Positions 18,187 to 29,112 are shown, numbered from the stretch's first letter. The stretch: 64,000 bases of DNA from Candidatus Dormibacter sp. (GCA_039935655.1 JBDTJX010000093.1:4537-68536); one strand, 5' to 3'. Notes: generated by a model not told the origin, from the letters alone. Translations and numbers: made by a program.

Positions 18187-20868
18187 TCAGAGCAACCGGG
18201 GCTCTGCGCCCTCGGTGCGCACCTGGTACTGCTCCAGCGCCGCGGTGACCACGTGGCGTGGGACGCGCTCGAGGTCGGCGAGCACGTCGAGCGCCGCCAC
18301 CGTGATGTGCCGGGCGTCGACCTCGAAGTGATTGCGAAGGGCCGCGCGCGTGTCGCTGCGGCCATAGCCGTCGGTCCCGAGCGGGACGAAGCGCTGGGGT
18401 ACGAATCGAGCCACCTGATCGGCGACTGTCTTCTGGTAGTCGCTGACCGCAACCACCGGGCCATCGCTGCCCTTCAACTGCTCCTCGATATACGAGGTGC
18501 GTCGCGGGCCGTCGGGATGGAGCCGGTTCCAGCGCTCCACAGCGAGTGCGTCATTGCGCAGAGCGAGGTAGCTGGTCACGTTCCAAAGATCCGCGGCCAC
18601 GTCGTGGTCGAGAAGCATTCGCTGCGCCTCGAGCGCGGCTGGCATCGCTGTGCCACTGGCGAAGAGCTGGATTCGCTGGGCGCGATCCTGCGCAGCGGGT
18701 TGGAGCTGATACAGCCCGCGCAGGATTCCCTCCTCGACGCCCTCGGGCATCGGCGGTTGCGGATAGTTCTCGTTGTAGAGCGTCAGGTAATAGAAGACGT
18801 CCTCGTTACGCTCGTACATGCGGCGAATGCCCTCGCGGACGATCACCGCAACCTCATACGCGTACGCCGGGTCGTAGACCTCGCAGTTGGGCACCGCGGA
18901 GAACAACAGCGGGGAATGCCCGTCCTGGTGCTGCAGGCCCTCGCCGTTGAGCGTGGTGCGACCGGCAGTGGCGCCGAGCAGGAAGCCGCGACCGCGCGCG
19001 TCGCCGAACGCCCACACCAGGTCGCCGGTGCGCTGGTAACCGAACATCGAATAGAAGATGTAGAAGGGGATCATCGGCTCGCCGTGGGTCGCATACGCGG
19101 TTCCGGCGGCCGCGAAGCTGCCCATCGAGCCGGACTCGGTGATGCCCTCCTCGAGCAGCTGTCCGTCGCGCGCCTCCTGGTAGCTCAGCAGCATGCTGGC
19201 GTCGACCGGCTCGTATTGCTGCCCGAACGGCGCGTAGATCTTCACCTCGCGGAACAGCGCGTCCATGCCGAAGGTGCGCGCCTCATCGGGAATGATCGGC
19301 ACGATGCGGCGGCCGACCTCGGGGTCGCGGAGCAGGTTGCGCAGCACCGCGCCGAAGGCCGCTGTCGTCGACGCGGGACGACCACCGCTTCCGGCCAGGG
19401 TCCCCGTCCACACCTCCTCGCCCGGCGCTGCCAGCCTGCGATCGCGCACCACCCGCTTGGGCAGCGTGCCGCCGAGGGCCAGGCGCCGGCTCATCAGGTA
19501 GTCGACCTCGTCGGAACCGGCGCCGGGGTGGTAGTAGGGCGGCACGCCTTCGCTGAGCTGCTGGTCGCTGATGGGCAGCTCCAGCTTGTCCCGGAAAGCC
19601 TTGAGCTCTGCCTCGCCGATCTTCTTGATCTGGTGCGTGGCGTTGCGGCCCTCGAAGAGCGAGCCGAGCGTCCAGCCCTTGACGGTGTGGGCGAGGATCA
19701 CGGTCGGCGCGCCCTTCTGTTCCAGCGCCAGGCGGTACGCGCTGTACAACTTGCGGTGGTCATGACCGCCGCGGCGGAGGTGGCGCAGGTCGTTGTCGGA
19801 GAGGTGCTCCACGAGCTTGCGCAGCCGGGGGTCCGGCCCGAAGAAGTTCTCGCGGATGTACGCGCCGCTCTCGTCGGTCGAGTACTTCTGGAACTGGCCG
19901 TCGTTGGTGCTATTCATCTTGTCGACGAGCACGCCGTCGACGTCACGCGCCAGCAGCGGATCCCACTCTCGTCCCCAGATCACCTTGACCACGTTCCACC
20001 CGGCGCCCCGGAAGATGGATTCCAGCTCCTGGATGATCTTCCCGTTGCCGCGGACCGGGCCGTCGAGCCGCTGCAGGTTGCAACTGATCACGAAGACGAG
20101 GTTGTCGAGCTGCTCGCGCGACGCCAAAGCGATGGCGCCGGTGGCCTCGGGCTCGTCCATCTCGCCATCGCCGAGGAACGCCCACACCCGCGACTCGCTG
20201 GTGTCGGCAATCTTCCGGGCATAGAGGTAGCGGTTGAAGCGCGCCTGGTAGATGGCGTTGATCGGACCCAGCCCCATCGACACCGTGGGAAACTCCCAGA
20301 AGTCCGGCATCAAGCGAGGGTGCGGGTACGAGCTCAGCCCCTTGCCGCCGGTTTCGTGGCGGAAGTTGTCGAGATGCTCCTCGGTGAGACGTCCCTCGAG
20401 GAACGCGCGGGAATACATCCCGGGTGCTGCATGCCCCTGGTAATAGATCTGGTCACCGGGACGCCCGTCGTCCTTGCCGCGGAAGAAGTGGTTGAAGCCG
20501 ACCTCGTACAGCGACGCCGAGGATGCGTAGGTGCTGAGGTGTCCGCCGATGCCGTCGCTGCGCTTGTTGGCGCGCGTCACCATCACCGCGGCATTCCAGC
20601 GCACGATCCGCCGGATACGGCGCTCCATCTCCTCGTCGCCGGGGAACCACGGCTCCTCCTCCGGCGGGATGGTGTTGATGTACGGCGTCGACACCAGCGG
20701 CGGCACGCCGACATTGAGCTTGCGAGCGCGCTCGACGAGCTTGCCGATGACGAAGCGGGCCCGCGAGACGCCCTCGGTGGCGACGAGCGTGTCCAGCGAC
20801 TCGAGCCATTCGAGCGTCTCGTCGGGATCGCTGTCGGGGAGCTGGTGCAGGAAGGCGTCGAAGGTCAT
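18187..20868 (-). CDS. aceE: pyruvate dehydrogenase E1 component, homodimeric type
   Basis: Start MTFDAFLHQLPDSD at 20868. The ThDP-binding GDGEMDEPE motif is present; 893 aa. Confidence 0.95.
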   Translation of the reverse strand: MTFDAFLHQLPDSDPDETLEWLESLDTLVATEGVSRARFVIGKLVERARKLNVGVPPLVSTPYINTIPPEEEPWFPGDEEMERRIRRIVRWNAAVMVTRANKRSDGIGGHLSTYASSASLYEVGFNHFFRGKDDGRPGDQIYYQGHAAPGMYSRAFLEGRLTEEHLDNFRHETGGKGLSSYPHPRLMPDFWEFPTVSMGLGPINAIYQARFNRYLYARKIADTSESRVWAFLGDGEMDEPEATGAIALASREQLDNLVFVISCNLQRLDGPVRGNGKIIQELESIFRGAGWNVVKVIWGREWDPLLARDVDGVLVDKMNSTNDGQFQKYSTDESGAYIRENFFGPDPRLRKLVEHLSDNDLRHLRRGGHDHRKLYSAYRLALEQKGAPTVILAHTVKGWTLGSLFEGRNATHQIKKIGEAELKAFRDKLELPISDQQLSEGVPPYYHPGAGSDEVDYLMSRRLALGGTLPKRVVRDRRLAAPGEEVWTGTLAGSGGRPASTTAAFGAVLRNLLRDPEVGRRIVPIIPDEARTFGMDALFREVKIYAPFGQQYEPVDASMLLSYQEARDGQLLEEGITESGSMGSFAAAGTAYATHGEPMIPFYIFYSMFGYQRTGDLVWAFGDARGRGFLLGATAGRTTLNGEGLQHQDGHSPLLFSAVPNCEVYDPAYAYEVAVIVREGIRRMYERNEDVFYYLTLYNENYPQPPMPEGVEEGILRGLYQLQPAAQDRAQRIQLFASGTAMPAALEAQRMLLDHDVAADLWNVTSYLALRNDALAVERWNRLHPDGPRRTSYIEEQLKGSDGPVVAVSDYQKTVADQVARFVPQRFVPLGTDGYGRSDTRAALRNHFEVDARHITVAALDVLADLERVPRHVVTAALEQYQVRTEGAEPRLL

Positions 20869-20870
20869 CT

Positions 20871-23438
20871 CTATGCCTGCGCGCCCACTCCGGCGGCGCG
20901 GTCGGCGGCCTGCGCACGCTGCTGGCGGAGCGTGCTGTCGCGGCTCTCGACCACCAGCCGGCGTCCGGCCTCGCTCAGCTGGCTGCCCGCGAGCAGCCTG
21001 TCGACGGCGGCGATGACCACCTCGTCCGCCCGGTAGGCGGGATACATCCCCTGGGTGAAGACCTCGGCTTCCTCGGAGGCGCGTTCGCGCCAGTACTTGG
21101 GCACCTGCTCCGCCCATCTCTCGATGTAGGGAGCCAGCACCTCCTGCTGGTCGCGTTCCTGGATGCCGCCGATCAGCGCCCGTTGCATCGCCAGCGGCGT
21201 TGCGCGGTCGATGATCCCCGTCCACGCTGCCGCCTTGGCGTCAGCGTCCGGTCGTGACGCGCGCGCCGCCGCCGCCTTGCGTGCGCCCATGTCGGTGTTG
21301 TCGCGTGCGGCCTCACCGTCGATGGCGGCGTTGTCGAGACGCCCGGCTGCGGCGAGGCGGCGGGTGATCAGCCAGCGCAGGTCCTGGTCGATGGTGACTC
21401 CCTCCGGCACGAACCGACCCGCCAGCAGTCCGGCGGCGAAGTCGAAGTCCTCCGGCACGTCGGAGGTGGCCAACGTGCAGCGCAGGGCGCTCAACTGCAG
21501 TGGGCTCCCCGCCGTCGCCGCCGCCAGGATGGCCGCCGCCGTCTCATGGAGGTGCGCTCGTGCGGCGCGCCGGTTGGCCGGGTCGGCGAAGTTCTCCACG
21601 GCTCCCATCGCCTGGCTGAGCAGGTCGTCGACGATGGTCGGCAGGGTCTCGTGGGGAGCGTGGCGGTGCACGAAGTCGATGTACCGCCCGGCGGGGATGT
21701 CCGCGTCACGTGCCATGTCCCACATCGCCGCCCAGAGCAGCGACCGGGCAAGCGGGTCCTCGAGGTCGGAGAGGTGGTCGATGACGGTCTGGGTGGAGAC
21801 GTCGTCGAGCCGGATCTTGGCGAAGGTGAGGTCACCGTCGTTGAGCAAAACCAGTGCCGGCTGCGCCCGCCCCCGGAGCTGCGGCAGCTCGGTGCGCGCG
21901 CCGGTGATGTCGAGCTCAATGCGCTCGGTGCGGACCAGCCGGCCGTTGTCGTCGAGGTCGAAGAGGCCGACACCGATGCGGTGCGAACGCAGCGTCGGGA
22001 GTGCAGGGGTGGCCGGCGTCTGCAACACGGCGCACGACTCGACGATGCCGTCGGTGGCGGTGATCTCGGCACGCAGCACGTTCATTCCCGCGGTCTCGAG
22101 CCACTCGTGCGACCAGGCGGCGAGGTCGCGACCCGAATGGAGCTCCAGCGGGGCGAGGAAGTCGCGCAGCGTTGCGTTGCTCCACTGGTGCGCGGTGAAG
22201 TACTCGCGGATGCCCCCGAAGAACGAGTCTTCGCCGACCCAGGCCACCAATTGGCGGAGAACCGACGCCCCCTTCGCGTAGCTGATGCCGTCGAAGTTGA
22301 GCCGTCCGGTGCTGACGTTGGGCACGTCAGCCGCGATCGGATGGGTGGTGGGCAGCTGGTCCTGGCGGGCTGCCCAGGACTTGTCGCCGTTGGCGAAGTC
22401 GACCCAGGCGCTGGTGAACTTGGTCGCCATTGCCTGCGCGTCGTTGCCCATGTAGGTGGCGAAGCTCTCATTGAGCCAGAGGTCATTCCACCAGCGCATG
22501 GTCACCAGGTCACCGAACCACATGTGCGCCATCTCGTGCAGGATCGTCCCGGCTCGCCAGGAGCGAACGGATGCCGGCACGGCGCCGCGGTAGATGGCGC
22601 TCTCCTCGTTGAAGGTGACGCAGGCGACGTTCTCCATGGCGCCGGCGTTGAACTCCGGCACGAACAGCTGGTCGTACTTGTCGCCGAACGGGTAGCGCGT
22701 GCCGAAGCGCTGGGCGAAGTGATCGAGCCCCTGCTTGGTGATCTCGAAGATCTCCTCGTCCTCGAGGTAGCGGCGCAGTGACTGTCTGCAGTAGAGGTTG
22801 AGCTCGACGCCGTCGTGCGTGTCGGTGACGCGCGCGTACGGGCCGGCGACGACAGCCACAAGGTACGTCGACATCAGCGGTGACTCAGAGAACTCCACCG
22901 TCGATGCCGTCGGGTCGGATGCAGCTGCGTCGATGCGCGCCACCGGGGCATTGCTCACCACCACCCACTCGGTCGGCGTGATGACACGCATGGTGAATCG
23001 CGCCTTGAGGTCGGGCTGGTCGAAGGCGGCGAAGACGCGGTGGGCCTCGTACGGCTCGCACTGCGTGTAGATGTAGAGGTGACCGTCGGCCGGGTCGACG
23101 ATGCGGTGCAGGCCCATGCCCGTGTGCGAGTACGGCTGGTCGGCGACCACGCGCAGGTGGTTCCTGTCACCCAGCCCGGCGAGCGCAACACGGTTGTCGA
23201 TGAACGCGGATGCCACGTCGACGGCCTCGCCGTTGAGCACGATCTCGTGGATGGTCTCGGCTTCGAGCTCGATGAAGGTCGCGGCGCCCAGGGTGGCGGA
23301 AAAGTCGATCTCGGTGACGCTCCGGAACGTCGCGGCGTCCGGCGGCCCGGTGAGGTCGAGGGTGATGTCGTAGCGGAGGTTGGCGAGAAGCTCGTGGCGC
23401 GCTTCCGCCTCGGTGTGCTGTAGGTCATCGGGAATCAC
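20871..23438 (-). CDS. pepN: aminopeptidase N (M1 family)
   Basis: GAMEN and HEMAHMWFGD ... E zinc motif; 855 aa. Confidence 0.95.
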   Translation of the reverse strand: MIPDDLQHTEAEARHELLANLRYDITLDLTGPPDAATFRSVTEIDFSATLGAATFIELEAETIHEIVLNGEAVDVASAFIDNRVALAGLGDRNHLRVVADQPYSHTGMGLHRIVDPADGHLYIYTQCEPYEAHRVFAAFDQPDLKARFTMRVITPTEWVVVSNAPVARIDAAASDPTASTVEFSESPLMSTYLVAVVAGPYARVTDTHDGVELNLYCRQSLRRYLEDEEIFEITKQGLDHFAQRFGTRYPFGDKYDQLFVPEFNAGAMENVACVTFNEESAIYRGAVPASVRSWRAGTILHEMAHMWFGDLVTMRWWNDLWLNESFATYMGNDAQAMATKFTSAWVDFANGDKSWAARQDQLPTTHPIAADVPNVSTGRLNFDGISYAKGASVLRQLVAWVGEDSFFGGIREYFTAHQWSNATLRDFLAPLELHSGRDLAAWSHEWLETAGMNVLRAEITATDGIVESCAVLQTPATPALPTLRSHRIGVGLFDLDDNGRLVRTERIELDITGARTELPQLRGRAQPALVLLNDGDLTFAKIRLDDVSTQTVIDHLSDLEDPLARSLLWAAMWDMARDADIPAGRYIDFVHRHAPHETLPTIVDDLLSQAMGAVENFADPANRRAARAHLHETAAAILAAATAGSPLQLSALRCTLATSDVPEDFDFAAGLLAGRFVPEGVTIDQDLRWLITRRLAAAGRLDNAAIDGEAARDNTDMGARKAAAARASRPDADAKAAAWTGIIDRATPLAMQRALIGGIQERDQQEVLAPYIERWAEQVPKYWRERASEEAEVFTQGMYPAYRADEVVIAAVDRLLAGSQLSEAGRRLVVESRDSTLRQQRAQAADRAAGVGAQA

Positions 23439-23479
23439 CGGCCTAGCCTATCGTCCCCGCCAACGCCTCTGCCTTTGCC

Positions 23480-24640
23480 TCAACCGGCCCGTCGCAACGC
23501 CTCGTCGAGGTCGGCGAGCAGGTCGTCGAGGTCCTCGATGCCCACCGAGAGGCGGAGCAACCCCTCGCGCAGTCCGATGCGGCGACGCTCCTGGCTCGGC
23601 ACCGATGAGTGGGTCATGAGGCCGGGGTGCTCGGCCAGTGACTCCACGGCTCCCAACGACTCGGCGAGGGTGAACAGGCGCAGTGCCTCGAGCACCCGCA
23701 CCGCGGCCGCCTCGTCGGCGAGCTCGAATGACACCATCCCGCCGTACACGCCGCCCATCTGTCGCGCCGCCAGCTCGTGCTGCGGGTGGGAGGCGAGCCC
23801 TGGGTAGTGAACTGCCTGCACCGACGGGTGGCCAACCAGGTGCTCGGCGATGGCCAGTGCGTTGTCGCTCTGGCGCTGGACGCGCAGCGCCAGAGTCTTG
23901 AGCCCGCGGAGCAACAGCCAGCAGTCGAACGGAGAGGGGACGGCGCCCGCGGCGTTCTGGTGGAACCGCAGCGGCTCGGCGAGGCCGTCGTCCGCGGTGA
24001 CGAGGCAGCCGCCCAGAACGTCGCTGTGGCCGCCCAGGTATTTGGTGGAGCTGTGCATGACGATGTCGGCGCCGAGCTCGAGTGGGCGCTGGATGTACGG
24101 AGACGCGAAGGTGCTGTCGACGGCCAGCCACGCGCCACGCTGGTGGGCCGCCTCTGCCGCCGCGGCGATGTCGACGATACGCAGCAGGGGGTTGGTGGGG
24201 CTCTCGACCCAGACCAGCCGGGTCCGGTCGGTCATCGCCTGGGCGATCGCGCCCGGCCGGGTGGCGTCGACGGCGGTGAAGGTGAGCCCGTAGCGCCCCA
24301 TCACGCGGTTGAAGAGGCGGAACGTGCCGCCGTATGCGTCCTCCATGTACACGACGTGGTCGCCGGGGTCCAGCAGCAGCATCGCCGTGGTGGTGGCGGC
24401 CAGCCCGGACGCGAAGGCCAGCCCGTGGCTGCCGCCCTCCAGCGAGGCGAGGCAGGTCTCCAGCTGTTGACGCGTGGGGTTGTTGCTCCGCGAGTACTCG
24501 AACCCTCCGTGCCTGCCGATGCCCTCCTGTGCGAACGTCGTCGCCAGGTGGATCGGCTGCACGACCGCGCCGGTGGCGGCGTCGGGGCCCTGGCCGACGT
24601 GGACCGCCCGGGTGGCGAATCCGGGTTGCTCTTTGTTCAT
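23480..24640 (-). CDS. cystathionine gamma-lyase/gamma-synthase (Cys/Met-metabolism PLP enzyme)
   Basis: PLP-lysine region SSTKYLGGHSD; 386 aa. Confidence 0.9.
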   Translation of the reverse strand: MNKEQPGFATRAVHVGQGPDAATGAVVQPIHLATTFAQEGIGRHGGFEYSRSNNPTRQQLETCLASLEGGSHGLAFASGLAATTTAMLLLDPGDHVVYMEDAYGGTFRLFNRVMGRYGLTFTAVDATRPGAIAQAMTDRTRLVWVESPTNPLLRIVDIAAAAEAAHQRGAWLAVDSTFASPYIQRPLELGADIVMHSSTKYLGGHSDVLGGCLVTADDGLAEPLRFHQNAAGAVPSPFDCWLLLRGLKTLALRVQRQSDNALAIAEHLVGHPSVQAVHYPGLASHPQHELAARQMGGVYGGMVSFELADEAAAVRVLEALRLFTLAESLGAVESLAEHPGLMTHSSVPSQERRRIGLREGLLRLSVGIEDLDDLLADLDEALRRAG

Positions 24641-24652
24641 CCCGTCTCCTGC

Positions 24653-26013
24653 TCAGCGGTGGTGGGCGACGTACTCAAGCAGGTCGGCGCGGGTGATCAT
24701 CCCGACGGGCCTGTCACCGTCGATGATGGTGACCGCCGCTTCACCATTGAGCAGCGGAGTGAACGCCTCGTCGAGCGGCGCGTCAGCGGACACCGACGTG
24801 AACGGCGGGTCCATCGCCGCCGACACCGACGCGGTCACCACCGCGGGGTCGCGGTAGACGCGGTCCAGGAGGGTGCGTTCGGCGATGCTGCCGACGACCT
24901 GGCGGTCGCCGTTGCTGCCGTCGACGACGGGGAGTTGCGAGATGTTGTACCGCTGCATCAGGTCGATCGCCTCGCCGACGGTTCGCCCCACCTCGACCGC
25001 CACCAGCGATGGCACCGCGCCGTCGCCGGTGGCGTGGGCGGCGAGCACCTCGCGGACGCGCGCCGGACCGAGCCGGTCCAGGAAGCCGTTCTGACGCATC
25101 CACTCGTCGGAGAAGAACTTGGTCAGGTAGTTACGCCCGGTGTCGGGGAGGAGCACCACCACCACCGAGTCCGGGTCGGTCTCCGCGGCGACCACCAGGG
25201 ACGCGTGAAGCGCCATGCCCGCCGACCCGCCGACCAGGATTCCCTCCTCGCGGGCCAACCGGCGGGCGGCCACAAAGGCCTCGCGGTCGGTGACCTGGAC
25301 GATGCGGTCGACCACCGCCGGGTCGAACGTACCCGGCCAGAAGTCCTCGCCCACGCCCTCGATCTTGTACGGCGCGATGGGTCCGGAGTAGATCGATCCC
25401 TCGGGGTCGGCACCGACCACCTGGATGGCCGGGTTCTGCTCCTTGAGGTACCGGCCGGCGCCGCTGATGGTGCCGCCGGTGCCGACGCCGGCGACGAACA
25501 CGCCGATGCGCCCCTGCGTCTGCCGCCACAACTCGGGGCCGGTCGTCTGGTAATGCGCCTGCGGGTTCTTGACGTTGAAATACTGGTTGGGCTGGAAGGC
25601 GCCCGGGATCTCGCGAGCCAGCCGGTCGGCCACCGAGTAGTACGACTGCGGCGACTCCCGGTCGACGTTGGTGGGACAGACCACCACGTCGGCCCCGTAC
25701 GCCTTCAGCAGGCTGATCTTCTCGGCCGACATCTTGTCGGGCATGACGAAGATCATCTTGTAGCCCTTGATCGCCGCGACCATGGCCAGGCCATGACCGG
25801 TGTTGCCCGACGTGGGTTCGACGATGGTGCCACCGCGGCGCAGCTGGCCGGAGCGCTCGGCCTCCTCCACCATGCCAAGCGCGATACGGTCCTTGACGCT
25901 GCCGCCGGGGTTGAGCTGCTCGAGCTTGGCCAGCACGGTGGCGCCGATCCCACGGGTCATGGCGTGGAGTCGCACCAATGGGGTGTTGCCGACCAGGTCG
26001 AGGATGCTCTCGG
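24653..26013 (-). CDS. cbs: cystathionine beta-synthase (PLP domain plus tandem CBS domains)
   Basis: Probable GTG start at 26013 (VEYSESILDLVGNTPL). It has the cysteine-synthase-like PLP fold (SVKDRIA, GTGGTISG) followed by CBS pairs. The upstream extension of the track ORF overlaps glgP. Confidence 0.85.
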
Positions 26014-26052
26014 AGTATTCCACCGTCGCGATTCTAGGCCGCGCCCTGTGCC

Positions 26053-28260
26053 CTACCGGCCGGCGGTGGCGCGCAGCGCGTACACGCTGTCGATGTAGTC
26101 CCACACCATGCGCGTCGCTGAGAAGCGCGGCCCGTTGGTGCGCAGCGAGCGCTTCATGCGGCGCACCCAGCCGCGCGGGATCCCCTCCTCGTCGCGGTCG
26201 TAGAAGAGTGGGGCAACGTCGTGCTCGAGCAGGTCGTAGAACGCTGCGGCATCGCGGCTGTCCTGGATGTCGCGGTCGTACGTGGTATCGCCAGGGATCG
26301 CCCAGCCGTTCTCGCCGTCGAACGCCTCGGCCCACCAGCCGTCGAGCACGGACAGGTTGAGGCCGCCGTTGAGGACCACCTTCATCCCGCTGGTACCGCT
26401 GGCCTCGAGCGGAGGCCGGGGCAGGTTGACCCAGAGGTCGCATCCCGCAACGAGTCGTGCGGCGATGCCGAGGTCGTAGTTGTCGAGGAATGCAACCCGC
26501 TCGCCCGCGTGCAGCATGTGCTTGAAGGAGAAGAACCCCTGGGCTGAGCGCTTGCCCTCCTCGTCGTCGGGGTGGGCCTTGCCGGCGAGGATGAGCTGCA
26601 TGGGGTGGACCTCGCTGGAGACCAGGTCGGCGACGCGCTGCGGTTCCATGGTCAGCAGGTAGAGGCGCTTGTACGTCGCCAGCCGCCGAGCGAAACCGAT
26701 GGTCAGTGTGTCGGCGCTGAAGCCGCGCTCCGCGGCGGCGACGAGGTCGCGGCTTTCGCTGCGTGCCAGCCGGGTGGCAACACTGCGGTCGCGAACGTAC
26801 TCAACGAACTCCGAGCGGAGTAGCGAGCGCAACTGCCAGATCTCGGCGTCAGGGATGTCGTCGACCCGCGCCCATGTCTGAGGGTCGGCCTGGCGTGACA
26901 TCCAGCCGGGGGCGAGGTGGCGGTCGAGCAGGTCGCGCATCGACGGGGACATCCAGGTGGGCACGTGCACCCCGTTGGTGACGTGCCCGATCGGCACGGT
27001 CTCGACCGGCCGCTCGGGGAACAGGGGCTGCCACATCTGCCTGGCGACCTCGCCGTGCCTGCGGCTGACGCCGTTGGCGGCGCGGCTCATCTTGATGCCC
27101 AGCGGGGTCATCACGAATGGCTCCGCGGGGTTGTCAGGGCGGGTGCGGCCGAGCTGCAGGAAGCCGGCGACGTCCATGCCGATCTCCGAAGGGTAGTCTC
27201 CGAGCACCTCGGCGATCTCCGCGATGTCGTACCCCTCGTTACCGGCGCCGACCGGGGTGTGGGTGGTGAAGACGGTGCGCCCGCGAGCGTTGGCGAACGC
27301 GGTGTGACGGTCGACGCCCGTTGCGATCTCACGCCGGGCCAGCTCGAGCGGGGCGAGCGCGGCGTGCCCTTCGTTCAGGTGCACCACGGCCGGGTCCATG
27401 CCCATGGCGGCGAGCACGCGCATCGAGCCGATGCCGAGGAGCGCGTACTGAGCAAGTCTGATGCCGCGATCGCTCTCGTACAGCCGTGCTGTGATCCAGC
27501 GGTCGGTACGCGAGTTCTCGGGGCGGTCGGCGTCGAGCAGGAGCAGAGGGACTCTGCCCACCTGGACGCGCCACACCTGCACGGTCAGCTGACGCCCGCG
27601 CAGCGGTACGGTGACGGTCACCGGACGGCCTTCCCCGTTGCGGACAAGGACGGCAGGAACGCGCTCGGGATCGAGCGGCGTCCAGTACTCGTGCTGGTAG
27701 CCGCTGCGGTCCATCCGCTGCAGGAAGTATCCCTGGCGGTAGAGCAGCCCGACGGCCACCATGGGCAGGGCCAGGTCGCTTGCCTCCTTGACGATGTCCC
27801 CGGCGAGCACCCCGAGCCCACCGGCGTAGATGGGCAACGATTGGTGGACGGCGAACTCGGCGCAGAGGAATGCGACGGGATGCCGCGGCGACGCCCGGCA
27901 GGGAAGCTGTGGCCGCGCGGCGTCCTCTTCGATGACGCGCAGGACCGCGTGAGCCCGCCCGATCAGCTCGCGGTCGACAGCCACGCGCTCGAGCGCAGAC
28001 GTGGGTGCCTCGAGCAGCAGCCTGATCGGGTTGCGCCCGCTCTGCTCCCAGCGCACCGGGTCGACGGCGATGAACAGGTCCTCACCACCGGGTGTCCATG
28101 ACCAACGGTAGTTGTACGCAACCCGTGCGAACACCGACATCGCAGAAGGCAGCCGCCTGGCGAGGTCGTCGGCCGCGCGGGCCTCGTCGACTTTGCCGTC
28201 GAGCAATGGCGTCGTGGGCGCGATGATGTCGGTTTCGGTCACGGTGGGGTAGCCTGCCAC
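26053..28260 (-). CDS. glgP: alpha-glucan (glycogen/maltodextrin) phosphorylase, GT35
   Basis: 735 aa with the PLP-lysine region ...EASGTSGMK... typical of actinobacterial GlgP. Confidence 0.9.
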   Translation of the reverse strand: MAGYPTVTETDIIAPTTPLLDGKVDEARAADDLARRLPSAMSVFARVAYNYRWSWTPGGEDLFIAVDPVRWEQSGRNPIRLLLEAPTSALERVAVDRELIGRAHAVLRVIEEDAARPQLPCRASPRHPVAFLCAEFAVHQSLPIYAGGLGVLAGDIVKEASDLALPMVAVGLLYRQGYFLQRMDRSGYQHEYWTPLDPERVPAVLVRNGEGRPVTVTVPLRGRQLTVQVWRVQVGRVPLLLLDADRPENSRTDRWITARLYESDRGIRLAQYALLGIGSMRVLAAMGMDPAVVHLNEGHAALAPLELARREIATGVDRHTAFANARGRTVFTTHTPVGAGNEGYDIAEIAEVLGDYPSEIGMDVAGFLQLGRTRPDNPAEPFVMTPLGIKMSRAANGVSRRHGEVARQMWQPLFPERPVETVPIGHVTNGVHVPTWMSPSMRDLLDRHLAPGWMSRQADPQTWARVDDIPDAEIWQLRSLLRSEFVEYVRDRSVATRLARSESRDLVAAAERGFSADTLTIGFARRLATYKRLYLLTMEPQRVADLVSSEVHPMQLILAGKAHPDDEEGKRSAQGFFSFKHMLHAGERVAFLDNYDLGIAARLVAGCDLWVNLPRPPLEASGTSGMKVVLNGGLNLSVLDGWWAEAFDGENGWAIPGDTTYDRDIQDSRDAAAFYDLLEHDVAPLFYDRDEEGIPRGWVRRMKRSLRTNGPRFSATRMVWDYIDSVYALRATAGR

Positions 28261-28296
28261 GCCGGCCGGTCAGCGCGCCGAGCGCCCGGGTCATGC

Positions 28297-28989
28297 TCAG
28301 CCCGGCAGAGAGGCAACCATCGCTCGCACTCCCGCGAAGGGACCCTCGGCGTGGCCGAAGACCGCGGTGCCAGCGACGAGCACCGTCGCGCCGGCTGCGA
28401 CGCAGTCACCAGCGTTGCCGGCGTCGACGCCGCCGTCCACCTCGATCTCGGTGGCCAGGCCACGGCGGTCGATCTCGCCCCGGAGCGCAGCCACCTTCTC
28501 GAGGGTGTGCGGGATCAGCCTCTGGCCACCGAAGCCGGGGTTGATGGTCATCACCAGGGCGAGGTCGCAGACCTCGAGCACATCGCTGAGGGAGGTCACG
28601 GGAGTGCTCGGGTTGATCGCCGCGCCGGCGCGGCAGTCGAGCCCGCGGATGGTGGTCAGGCTGCGATGCAGGTGTGGCGACACCTCCTGGTGGATGGTGA
28701 TCCCGTCCGCTCCCGCCTCCGCAAAGGTCTCGAGGTGGCGCTCCGGCTCGCGGATCATCAGGTGCAGCTCGAGAGGGAGCCCTGTCTCGCGCCTAAGCGA
28801 ACGGACCGTGTCAGTGCCGAACGTGAAGTTGGGGACGAAGCTTCCATCCATGACGTCGACGTGGAGGCGTTCGGCGCCGCTGTCCTCGAGCGCATGGACG
28901 GCGTCGGCGAGGTGGCCGAAGTCGGCGGCGAGCAGGCTCGGGGCGATGCAGACGGCGCCCGGACACGCCGGCCATGTTGAGCGGGGCAC
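28297..28989 (-). CDS. rpe: ribulose-phosphate 3-epimerase
   Basis: IAPSLLAADF, HVDVMDG and MTINPGFGGQ motifs. The real start is probably near 28953. Confidence 0.9.
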   Translation of the reverse strand: MPRSTWPACPGAVCIAPSLLAADFGHLADAVHALEDSGAERLHVDVMDGSFVPNFTFGTDTVRSLRRETGLPLELHLMIREPERHLETFAEAGADGITIHQEVSPHLHRSLTTIRGLDCRAGAAINPSTPVTSLSDVLEVCDLALVMTINPGFGGQRLIPHTLEKVAALRGEIDRRGLATEIEVDGGVDAGNAGDCVAAGATVLVAGTAVFGHAEGPFAGVRAMVASLPG

Positions 28990-29085
28990 CTGTCGAGACT
29001 AGCTGATGACAGGCTCGAGCGCCCGCTGCCGAGGCGGCTGAATGCGTCAATCCTCTCAGCACAGCATTGAACCGGGACAGGTGCC
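28985..29085. promoter_or_regulatory. pair of 10-bp inverted repeats GGCACCTGTC (28985-28994) and GACAGGTGCC (29076-29085) in the rpe/histidine-kinase divergent region, plus an inner CCTGTC-13nt-GACAGG palindrome
   Basis: Exact reverse-complement 10-mers 81 bp apart; an inner 6-bp palindrome arm shares the same core. Confidence 0.3.
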
Positions 29086-29112
29086 TAAAGTTAGTGTCGT
29101 AATGGTGGGTTC

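Noticed and set aside
17851-21036. 1061-aa plus-strand ORF
   Set aside because: Antisense to aceE and the exonuclease; low-complexity Arg/Gly/Ala composition and no motifs.
23777-26098. 773-aa plus-strand ORF
   Set aside because: Antisense to the cystathionine gamma-lyase and CBS genes; composition bias only.
26013-26443. Upstream extension of the CBS ORF to 26443
   Set aside because: It overlaps the well-supported glgP gene and adds Arg-rich sequence. CBS homology starts at VEYSESILDLVGNTPL.
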